From Nemertoderma westbladi (taxonomy: Eukaryota > Animalia > Xenacoelomorpha), in NCBI GenBank assembly GCA_032718475.1, contig JAUCBJ010003973.1, positions 29,077 to 93,076 of the forward strand: a stretch of DNA of 64,000 nucleotides, written 5' to 3'. A program made the translations under genes and the position numbers. Below the pieces are notes generated by a model. That model made no database searches. It was not told where the DNA came from and worked only from the letters and a program-made list of their open reading frames with translations. This document shows, one piece after another, positions 37,413 to 48,100 of this stretch; position 1 is the stretch's first letter; each line of letters starts with the position of its first letter.

Positions 37413-39956
37413 GTGTTCGGAATGGCGAGTAAGCTGATCAGGAAGAGAAAGGCGGAGTCGGGAGGAAAAGAAATATTGGTGGATTTCACCGAAAGACACC
37501 CGGAGGAGAAGACGAGAGGATACTACGAGAGGTTGGAAAGGGGTCACGCGGCACGAGCGCTGCAGGATCACTTCCGGGAGGCGCACGAACAGCGGTTGGT
37601 CGGGACCTACGGGACGCTGTCGCTGGACAACGCGATCTTCCAACACTTCCACTACGTGGTGAAAGGAGACGAGGCGAAGTTCGGGATTCCGAAGTATCCG
37701 AGGGAGTCGCCAAGGAAGGACTGGAAAAGATTCATAGAGTCCGTCAACAGAGGAGGATATATGATCCTAGATGACGAGGGAACCGTGGAAGACGAAGCGG
37801 GTTCGAGACGAGGAACGGCAGGGTCGGCCAGGACCATACTCTTGCATTTGGCAGCGCCAAATGGGGACATCTTCTTATTCGACCTAGGGACGTATGGGAA
37901 GAAGGACGGGCCGAAATTAGATCGACTACCGAAAGCGGTACAGGTCTTAGCAAGAGAGAAGTCGACGACGAAAGTGGGATCGGCGATCCGCGAGGACGCG
38001 GAGAGGATCATCGGTCCGGACGCCACCAACCTCCTGGATATGCAGAAAGTCTTTATGGCTATGACGGCACCGGATGGATTGGGGGTGGTCGAGAACTCAG
38101 GCCAATGCGGGGCGGTGGCGATGGGCCAATTATTGGGGCTCGTATGCCACAAACCAATGGATTGGGGGAAGTTTAGGGAAGAATACGGAGCAGAACTAGC
38201 GAACTCGCTGAAGTGGGGAGCGAGACCGGGAAAGCAGGAGGTATATCAGTTTCGCAGAGGAGCGATAAAGGTATATCAGAAGCGATATATCCTGCAGGAG
38301 GACTGGATGATGATAAGTTTACTTAACTTATTCATGACCGTAGTTATCGAAAGAGAACCAGGGGCATTTCTGTTATCGGGATCACCCCTAAGCTACAGGA
38401 GAGCCTTTAAAGTGGCCTTTGACGGTCTGGTAGACCACCCGGGGCTGAAGGGCGAGTCGGTGTACTACAACAGCCGACATCTGGTAGACGGGGAGACAGA
38501 CACACCGTATCAGAGATGGGAGCAGCTAGAGATGGATAGACGGGAAGCAAAGCGACTGGAAGAAGTCGCTAGACGGGAGAGGATAGAAGCAGAGGAGAGG
38601 GAAGAGGAGGCCAGGGCACAGAGCTACGGCTTCGAGGAACAGGCGGGTCTGGACGAGCTTCATTGGACTTCGTCAGGGAGTTCGGGGGAGTCTCTAGGGA
38701 GAGAATTGGGATGGACGGTGGGATCGCCGAAACAGTCGACGTCGGGGTTGCACGCGGTGCCCATACCAGCGGGCGCCGAGGGCGACCAACCGCCAAGGAA
38801 GTTAAGGGAGCTAGAGGGATGGAGAGTTACGGGCGAGAGCCAAGGCGGGAAGGGACATAGTGGATCCACCGAGATACCGGGATTGGAGACACTACCGGAA
38901 GAGGAGGACGACGACGACGAGTTCGGAGAGATACCGCCCATCGAGAGGATAGGCCACTCGGACACGGACTGGGTTGGCGGGAGGGTGGTGACGGCCAGTG
39001 GGGCGAGGGCCTTCTGGAACAGATCCGGCAAGCGGACCTGGGTGCACGAGGGGCCGGCGATGGATTTCGCGGGGAGCACCATCAGGTTGGGCGAGCAACC
39101 GGGGACGGCACCACGGATAGTATTCGGGGAGACGATGCCCGAGAGGGGCGGAGAGATCGACGTAAACAGGGAGAGCAACGTGGAGAAGTTTGCCTACCAG
39201 CGACTCCATAGACCGCGGAGATCGCTTGGGACGAAGGACGAGGTGGGACGCGAGACATTGGTACTCGGCTGCGACTACTGTGGGAGACAGACCCATCGGG
39301 AAAGCAGCTGCCTATACCGGTTCCAACGGGGAACCTTTTGTCTCTATTGTAGAGAACCGAGTCACAGGATGGGGGCGTGTCCACGGTTGCATAACCGATG
39401 TCCAAAGTGCCACTTTCGGGGACACTACGGACGCGAGTGCGACTGGATGAGCGACGAGGAGAAGTTCACGAGGTTCGAGGAGTGGGCCGACGTCGGGGCC
39501 ATGACGCGCCAGCGCATGAAGGCCCAAGAGTTCAAGTGGGGTTTCTTCCTCATAAACCAGGAGACCCACATGGAAATCATAAAGCGAAGGTTACCGTTTA
39601 CCTATCAAGAGGTAGCTACGGCGGCATCGTTCGCCGGAGTTATGAACACGCAACGGTACCTGGACAGGTGGACACCAGAGAACCGGAGGGAGTTTAGGGA
39701 TTTCTTGGCGGAACACGTGCCAAAGGCAATGAAGATGATTCTATGGGACGCCACACGAGGGAAACAACCAGGCCATTCTGAGGGGCCACCGGCGAAGCGG
39801 TATCGGGCTTTAATAACACCAGCGCCCAAGGAGCCGACGACCGGGATCAGCAAGGAAGTGGCAGCAAAGGTCCGGAAACAGAAAGCGGACGATGCCAGAG
39901 GAGCAGTGATAACCAAGAAACGGGCCAGGGAAGAGGACGTGAGGAGGAACAGATAG
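37413..39956 (+). CDS. Intact ORF3 of copy B: DEDDy-like 3'-5' exonuclease, acidic linker and three CCHC zinc knuckles (likely start MASKLIRKRK, about 844 aa)
   Basis: GYMILDDEGT (ExoI), LLHLAAPNGDIFLFD, LPKAVQVLAREKSTTKVGSAIREDA (ExoII), LLDMQ, YILQED (ExoIII-like); CDYCGRQTHRESSC, CLYCREPSHRMGAC, CPKCHFRGHYGREC; basic NLS-like stretches at both ends. Confidence 0.8.
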   Translation: MFGMASKLIRKRKAESGGKEILVDFTERHPEEKTRGYYERLERGHAARALQDHFREAHEQRLVGTYGTLSLDNAIFQHFHYVVKGDEAKFGIPKYPRESPRKDWKRFIESVNRGGYMILDDEGTVEDEAGSRRGTAGSARTILLHLAAPNGDIFLFDLGTYGKKDGPKLDRLPKAVQVLAREKSTTKVGSAIREDAERIIGPDATNLLDMQKVFMAMTAPDGLGVVENSGQCGAVAMGQLLGLVCHKPMDWGKFREEYGAELANSLKWGARPGKQEVYQFRRGAIKVYQKRYILQEDWMMISLLNLFMTVVIEREPGAFLLSGSPLSYRRAFKVAFDGLVDHPGLKGESVYYNSRHLVDGETDTPYQRWEQLEMDRREAKRLEEVARRERIEAEEREEEARAQSYGFEEQAGLDELHWTSSGSSGESLGRELGWTVGSPKQSTSGLHAVPIPAGAEGDQPPRKLRELEGWRVTGESQGGKGHSGSTEIPGLETLPEEEDDDDEFGEIPPIERIGHSDTDWVGGRVVTASGARAFWNRSGKRTWVHEGPAMDFAGSTIRLGEQPGTAPRIVFGETMPERGGEIDVNRESNVEKFAYQRLHRPRRSLGTKDEVGRETLVLGCDYCGRQTHRESSCLYRFQRGTFCLYCREPSHRMGACPRLHNRCPKCHFRGHYGRECDWMSDEEKFTRFEEWADVGAMTRQRMKAQEFKWGFFLINQETHMEIIKRRLPFTYQEVATAASFAGVMNTQRYLDRWTPENRREFRDFLAEHVPKAMKMILWDATRGKQPGHSEGPPAKRYRALITPAPKEPTTGISKEVAAKVRKQKADDARGAVITKKRAREEDVRRNR

Positions 39957-40666
39957 AGTTCCCGGAGACGAGGGAATGAGACTGAGACTGGGAAGTGGTG
40001 CGCCTGGAAGGCGCCGCATGTAACGTACGAACTATTAAGTATAAATTTAATTAATGCAAATAACCCATATAAGTGCAATTTGTATGTACGTACGTAGTGA
40101 TTAGCAGTAAATACATACGTTTGGAGTAAGTACTATAGTCGTACAACCTTTCTCAATTAGCTACTGGGACTGGGGGACAATTGACTATGGCACTATGGAC
40201 GAGACGCCAGACAATTTCACACTTCTTGAGTGCGACGGCACGAGAGGGGGGGGAGATTCGTCAGAAGGAAAGAGACAGTCAAAGTGGGGTTGAGAATCGG
40301 AATAAGAGTGCGAAGTGCGGAGAGAGTGCGAACGCAATTCTAGTGTGGGGGGGGGGAGAATAAGAGGCTGAGTGAGGGACGGGGAGGTCCGGGGGTATGA
40401 GAGAGTTAGAGTGAGAGTGAAGGCGGGGTAGGGCGAAAGTGTTGGGGAAACAAAAGTCGTGTGAAGAGGTGAGCGCGATCGGCCCGACATGAGACGCCAG
40501 GCACACAGGGTAGCGTTATCATACCCATAGGGGGCGGCCTGGAAAGCCAGCTCCAAGAGAAAAGAATTCCACCCCACACCCGATACTAGATCGGGATCCA
40601 GCGGGATTGTAGCGCACTTTTTTGGTTGATGCTATCTTCTTACCGGGAAGATAGCATGGGGGGGAG

Positions 40667-41207
40667 TGTTAGCTTATTCAATCCCGCCAACACCCCATAA
40701 AGTTGTAAGCCGATAAGCAATATTGGGAGCCGCGAGATTGGGCAATTAACCAACTCGCGCCATCCCAATAAGAGTGGGAAGGAAGCACACAATAGAGGGT
40801 CAGGGGCCAAACCCCTAACCCAGAGAGAACACAGTGGAGTGAACGGGAATACTCCACGGGGCGCCAACAAGGGTATCAACCAATCAGAGGGGGGAATGGC
40901 ATCGATTGAGTAGCAATTAGGCCAACCGTGCAGTATAGCCACTTGGCAGTAATATTACCTATTCAGTTATCACAGTGCAGCAGTGCTAGCGTAGGGTACA
41001 GCCAATTAGTTTAGTTAGGGGATCACGGGACTTTAGTTACCGTATCCCGCCTTGTACACATTTACAATATATCCATATCTTATAACCTCCTATTATACAC
41101 CGAACTTCAGAACTCAGTCACTTTATTTCATCCTTATACACGGCGGGGACGCGTGGACTAAATTACCACAACCGGATAAATCGGGATCCCCCTTGGATCC
41201 CGTCACA
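40667..41207 (+). repeat. 3' LTR of copy B
   Basis: Direct repeat of 29600-30140, preceded by the PPT. Confidence 0.97.
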
Positions 41208-41437
41208 AACGCATTGTATTCCGCGCGTAATTCCTCCGTTCTTTTGTTGTATGCGTCCAACCGCTGTCGCGTAACATTCGGGTCCGCCTTGGATTTAGCG
41301 AGCTTGGCCGTACTCCTAGCCATACTCTCCACTCCAAACACACTAAAGTTTTTAGGTCCATAACGATTGAATGGCGCCTGGTGCTCCTGTTCTTGCGTAA
41401 ACCCTTGACGTAACTCTTTATACATCTTCTCCGCCAT
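41208..41437 (-). CDS. N-terminal 76 codons of ORF3 of the BEL/Pao element, cut off by the nested insertion
   Basis: MAEKMYKELR...RAEYNA joins in frame to LYPYDALC at 29594 once the insert and one AACGC copy are removed. Confidence 0.8.
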
Positions 41438-42170
41438 TGTATACGAATATATGCGGTTACATATCGTTACGTTTCTACTAGATGAAGCACAAAATAGAGG
41501 TTAGATGTGAGGTGACTTAGAGTTTGTCGGCTTTTGGCTCAACTCTGCTCTAAACCCCAACCCATTTTGCCTAATGATTTCGGGTTCGCGTGATTTCGCA
41601 CTGGCTCCTAATCCAAAAAATGTGCCGATAAAAAACGAATTCCGGGTAAACTAGCCGCGAGTCTAAAATACTCACCTTTTAATTTCCCAAACTACGTTTC
41701 CCAAGAAAATAATGCAGTCGAGAATTAATTGGTCAAAATAATAGTAGACACGACTACGTAGAACAAGACCGATTTTCTTTTTCCAAAAAAAATTTATCGG
41801 TAGGCTCGCAAGCCTTCCATCCGCTCTTGTCCTCCCCAATTTTAATTTTATCTAGCTGTATTCTAGAATTTGCTTTCACTGGAGAATCGTTTTTCTTAAA
41901 TTTAAATCCAAATAAATGGATTTGTCTAATAAATTTTGAAAAATTGTCTCACTTGTGGGTTCCAAGTGGAATTCCATTCCTACTGTACACACAATCCCGC
42001 TCCTATGTGATACATAAGGGTACTACCCTCCATGTTCACGTATAAAGACAATGGAATTCCACCGCTGTCTCTATCTACAGTGAAGAGGATTACAAATGCA
42101 CGTACAGTAATACAAATACAAATAACTAAAATACAGTAGGTCTATGTGGCGGCCAACAAAGGTCCCACAT

Positions 42171-45100
42171 CTATTTGCTAATATTGGGTGGAGATTTGTA
42201 GTCTCCCGTCTCGTTTCTAGTCTCCTCAAGGAGCACGAGACGTTGTACAGGTCTGTCTACGGTACGGCCGTCGATAGTCCGTACAGTAACTGTTCTCACT
42301 ATACCAGATGTAGGGTGCGTGGTCAAAATGACTCCAGTCAGCCAAAACCGTCTTCTCAGATTAGCTTCAGCCAATAAAACATGGTCACCACGTTTTAAAC
42401 ACCGGGTATTTAGATACCAGGAAGTTCTGGTTGAAATAGAGGGCAAATAATATTTCTGCCATATTTCCCAGAATTTATTTGCAAGTAATTGAGTGATTTT
42501 CCAAGCCTTGTTGCCGTATCCGTCACTATCAACGGGTACCGAAATGGGCAACAATGTCGTCGGCGCCTGCATAAGCAGGTGCGCTGGTGTCAAGGCAAAC
42601 TGTACGTCGTTATTGTCTGGGATCAAAGCGATCGGTCTGGTATTTAAGATTGCTTCGATTTCTATTAGTAACGTCGTCAGTTGGTCGTCTGTCAAGATGT
42701 GTTGCGTCGGTACGACTTTAGCCATAGCTGTCTTTATTGAGCCAATCAGCCTTTCCCAAACGCCGCCTCTCCACGGACTGTCTGGAGTATTGAAAAACCA
42801 AACAATACGGTGAGGACGTAGTTCCTCGGAAATCTGGTTTTGGTCCAATTTTCTCAAAGCTCTGGTTATCTCGTTCCGTGCACCCACAAAGTTTGTCCCT
42901 TGGTCGCAGTATATGGATTTGACCAATCCACGTCTAGCGATAAATCGCCGTAAGGCTAGGATAAAGGCATTGGTGGACAAGTCTGTCACTCGCTCTATAT
43001 GGACAGCTCTGCTGGCCATGCAGGTGAAGATCAATCCCCAACGTTTTACCTGTACCCTTCCGCGTTTCGCGATTATGGGTCCAAAACAGTCTATCCCTGT
43101 CTCAGTGAAAGGGGGTCTAAACGCCTGTAATCTCGCTAATGGTAGTTCACTCATTTCTTGGTGTCCTATCCTCGCGTGCACCTTCTTACAAATAATACAG
43201 TTCCGTGTTACCGAACTCAGTGCCTTACTAGGTCTAATCAGTACAAACCTCGAGCGTAAGTGTGATAGACAGTGGTGTCTACCTACGTGTTTGAGTTGTA
43301 CATGTGCGTCCAGTATCATAGCGCGCTGTAATTCATGGTGTTGCGGTATGATGATAGGATACCTAAAGTCAAGTGCAAAGTCGATGTTTTGGAGTCTGGA
43401 CTTGTGACAAAGTAAGCCCCGGTAAATAATCGGACTCCAACTCAAAATCGGTGAAGACTTAATCTGTTTACCTTGTTTGATCGCTGTGAACTCTCGTGCG
43501 AAATATCGCAATTGATAATGTCGAATGATATCAACTTCACAGTGGCCAATTTCCTTTAAGGTAAGTCTTCTAGGAAAGTCGCGTTTGCCTCTGGCATATT
43601 GTCTCAATCGTTTGAGCCATGCTAACTTGCGGCACGCGTCAGTCCATGATCTAGTTAGGTTTACTATCCTGTCAACGTAAGTGTTAGTGACGTCATCGGG
43701 TAAGGTGTAGTCGTAATGTGGATACTTGTCTGGACTTGGTAGGCCCACGGGCCTTCCGGTAGGTTTGTCTGAGTCCCCAAGTACGTCAATCTCTACGGTC
43801 TTACCTTTGCCGTCCGCACCTAATGTGTCGACTGGCAGTAATGGTTTCAACTCTACAGTGTCAGTGTGTTCCTGTGAGCCTGTAAGCTTCCTAACCTTAG
43901 TCACACGCTTACCTGTAGGTAAGTCAAGTACCTTCTTCGAGCGGAGTGTAATCCCTGTGGCCACATCTCTGTCGTCCAAAGAAGTCAAATTCGGTACGTC
44001 TCTAAAAGTCCGCTCCAATGGGTCTTCTAATGGAGTGTCTAGTAGACAGTCTGGTGAAGCGTCTGGTGAACAGTCTGGTGAGACGTCTGGTGAGACATAG
44101 CGCGGAACATCCGGCGAAATGTCCGGTCGTCGGTCCCAAAGTCTGTCTAGCGTAACTTCCGTCAGAAAGTCTGGTTCAAAGTCTGGTGGACAGTCGGTCG
44201 AGATGTCTGGTGAACAGTCTGGTGAGACGTCCGGTAGACATTCTGTCGAGAGTTCCATCAAACAATCTGGCGAAGAATCCGGAGAACAATCTGGTGTCTC
44301 TTCTGGTGAATAGTCTGGCGAGTAATCTGGTGAACAATCCGGCGAAACGTCTGGTGAAATCTCCCGCGGAACATCCGGCGAAGGATTCATACAAGCGTCT
44401 GGTCGAGTGTCTGGCGAGACGTCTGGCGTAATGTCAGGTCTGGCGTCCAGGTCATCAGATTTCGTCCGTCCTTTTTTCCTCTTGACCTTGGCGTTGGCTT
44501 TCGCTTTAGACTTGACAACCTTGTCGAGTTTTATCTCGGCACCCTCTGGTATGGTGTTGGTTGTCGCGTCGAATAACGGTGGCCATTCGTCTGATGGTCG
44601 CTGTAGGAAATCGGGTCCTCTAAACCAAAAGGATTTATTGTCCGGTTTACAAAAGTCAAGTGGTTGCATCCCCCGTGACGCGATGTCAGCTGGGTTCAGC
44701 TTCCCTGGACAGTGACGCCAATCTTGTTTGAGCGACCGGTCTAATATTTCAGCCCGTCTGTTGGCTACGAAAGTCTTGAACTCAAATGCTTCGTTGTTTA
44801 TGTACCAAAGTACCAACGTCGCATCCGTCCAATATGTGACCTTCAAGTTAGCCTCCAGCTCGCGTTGAACTAGACTGACAATATCGGTGGATATCGTCCC
44901 GGCTTGCAGCTCCCCACGAGGTACAGTCATATACTTCAATGGCATTGTTCTAGCCCTTGAAGTAACGAGAGATACATCGTAGCTGTCCGATGTCACTTGT
45001 CGTCTAAGGTATAAAGTAACCCCCAATCCATCCTTGCTAGCGTCACTAAAGCTGTGAAGCTCTAAATCGGCAGGAAAGGTGGTTTGCAAAGGAAAGTATA

Positions 45101-48100
45101 CCCTCGGTATGGTATAGTCTTGTAGGAACGTCAGTTGGGCTTCCCAGTCCCTCCATCGCTCAGCTAACTTTTCTGGGATGGGATCGTCCCATTCCAGTCC
45201 GGCTTGCCAAATGCTGCGGAGTATGATCCTGGCATGTAGGATCACTGGACTAATGAAACACAATGGGTCATACAATCGACTCATGGTCGATAAGCAAGTC
45301 CTCTTTGTGAGAGGTCTAGTCTGGTCGTTGGACCTTACACGTACCCTAAAATTGTCGGTGTTAGGGTCCCAACTAAGTCCTAATACTTTGGTCGTCGGCT
45401 GAGGTTCTAGGTCTAAGTCCAAGTCACCTCCGCTACGATCCGTCGGGTCAAATGAGTTCAACAGTTCGGGTTCGTTGGAAGCGAACTTCGTCAGGTGAAA
45501 TCCGCCCTCAGCGAGACAATCCTGGAGTTGGTGTGCTACGGTTGTAGCGCGCTCCAAGGTGTCACAACTCTTGAGGCCGTCATCCACGTAGAAATCTCGT
45601 TCCACGGTCCGAACTACTTCTGGGTCAAATTGGTCTCGTCTGTCTAATGCTGTCTGCTTCAATGCGTACATGGTGCAGTTGGGGCTGTCCCTGGCTCCGA
45701 ATACTCTTACCTGCATTTGGTAAGTTTCTGGCGGAAGTTGTAAGTTTCCGTCCGGATACCAAAGAAACCTCAAACTGTCCCTGTCCCGCTCCAAAGCCTT
45801 AATCTGGTGAAACATGGCCTCTACGTCACAGGTGAAAGCCACTTTGCGTTGTCTAAAACGCATTAGGACTCCCATGAGGTAATTATTCATATTCGGCCCG
45901 TCCATCAGTTCGCTATTCATAGACATCCCTTGGTAAAGCGCAGCGCAGTCGTTGACTACACGCACCTTGCCAGGTTTGTCCGGGTGTCGAACAAAATGAT
46001 GTGGCAGGTAATATGTCTGGTCTGTAGTTACCTCAGGATTTAACATCCTAATGGCGTATCCCTTTTGGAGATACGTCTGAAGTTGTGCGTTGTATTGCAT
46101 ATGGGCCGTCTCGTCTCGCAACAATCGCTGCCTTATTGATTTGAGTCGCCTCAAAGCAAGCGGGTAATTGTTAACGAGCTTAGGTTGTCCATTGCACCAC
46201 AACATACCAACCTCATAGTGGCCATTCGCGGTCTGGCGAATGGTATCTCTCATAATATTTAATGACCGTTTTTCCTGTTCTGACATAGCGGTCTCGTAAC
46301 TACCGGGTTCTGCTGAGTCCTGTTCCAACCATTGTATGGTCCGTTCAGTCAGCAGTCGGTCAAGCGCTGCTTGCACTGCGCCATGGTCCTCGTCCACGTC
46401 TTCGTCCGCTGCGGTGGCTAGTGTCAATGTGTCTGGTAGGCTCGCAAGCCTTCCGGTGTCACTAGTCGGCGTCGAATTGTCGTGCGGCGGTTTGACAACC
46501 TTTTGATCTGTCAGTAGGCTCGCAAGCCTTCCAAGATCAACGACCGGTGTCGAAGCCTGGTGGGTGGGGTCAATGACCTTCGGATTTTTCGGTAGGCTCG
46601 CAAGCCTTCCAAAATCCTCGTTCATCGAGTCATCCACGGCAACAACCCTTTGGCCTTCAGTAGTCAATACAACCTGGTCTACTGCAAGTAGTTGTAAGTC
46701 AGAGGTCCGTATGGTCGTGTCCAGATCGGTTACGTCAGTATCGGTGGCGTCTGCGTTAGTGACGCAAGTCTGTCGTAGTGCCGTCCGTACAATTGGACCA
46801 TGGGAGTGTGAAGGAGAATTATCTATCGTGTTAGTCAATAAACTACACGTACTTAAAACGTCGTCCTCCTGGTCACTTACCTCTAGTGAACGTATTGGTG
46901 CTCTAGTATACCAACCTATGGGAGTTCTACATGCGTAGGGGTTGCCCGCTGTAATAACAGATGGGCGTGTCTCCCATACCTGATGTAAGTTAAACTGGTC
47001 TGTCCCAATTAACATCGCAATGGAACGATAATTGACAGGACATTCCGGTATTCCAAGGTGTCGGAAATACTTACGATCTTCCGGTGATTGCTCTGGCACA
47101 GGGCCGAGCAAGTTACTAAAGTCCTTCGTAGCTGCAAAGGTCAAAATTCTTACCGGAAGTAATGAACGCTCCTCCTTGCTGTGTTCCGCTTTGGAAAGAA
47201 GAGTGTCTAAAGTTAGTTTTACTCTCGTCACAGGAATCGCTCTCTTACCATGCATGCTGCTTACAGTATACTGAGCAGTCTTACCTTGACTCAAGTCCGT
47301 AACTACGTCGGCTACTTGTTCGTCGACATAGCTATGCGATGACGCAGAGTCTAAGATGGCGTATATACGCTTGCTCCCTCGGGTTCCGGTAATCTTTATA
47401 GGAATCACGCTAAACCCTTTCAATTGGTTCTGTGTGAGGAGCGTTATCGATGGCTGTTCCTCACCTGCATGCACGTAGAAAGTGTCGTCTTCCTCCTCGT
47501 CCTCGTCCGATGATCCTGACTGATCCATACAGTCGGTATAAAAGGTACGGATCTCGCGCGGCGCACGCTCCTTATAAAGCGCGTCGCATCTAGCCGCTTT
47601 ATCGGGATGCTCTCGTCGAAAGCGTCTGGTCGGAGTATGACTGGTTGTGTGAAGCAACGCGTCATGGTTACGTCCACACAGAGAACATGTATCGTCGCTC
47701 GGGCAATCCTTCCGGACGTGTCCTGGCTTCATACATCTCCAACAGGAATCTAGAGATCGGATTTGGAGTCTCCTCTTCTCGATCCCTAACTCTTTAAAAG
47801 CGCGACATCCACGTAGTTTATGTCCGCTATGGTTTCTGCCGTTCCGCTCGCAGTATGAGCATCCCACAAAGTCCGCCGGCAACTGTTGTCGTGGCTGCGT
47901 GGTGCCTATAGGCGTCAGAACTTTAGAAGTCTCAGTAGGGGTGGCGTAAGTAACGGCTTTCGCGTTCGTCGGAAACGGTTTAGTCCGATTCGGCGCAGAA
48001 ACAGTTATCCCTTCCGCCGCGATATGGTGATCGGTATAGTTCGATCGAGTCTCGATCACGGCCTCCCGTGAAATAAGTTGATAGACATCGGTGAGTTTTA

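Larger units (their letters stand above)
29600..41207 (+). mobile_element. Nested RT-less (non-autonomous) BEL-derived LTR element, copy B, very recent
   Basis: 541-bp TG...CA LTRs with no difference that I could see, TSD AACGC (29595-29599, 41208-41212), PPT gggggggag 40658-40666; gag-PR and ORF3 present, RT, RNase H and integrase core absent. Confidence 0.95.
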
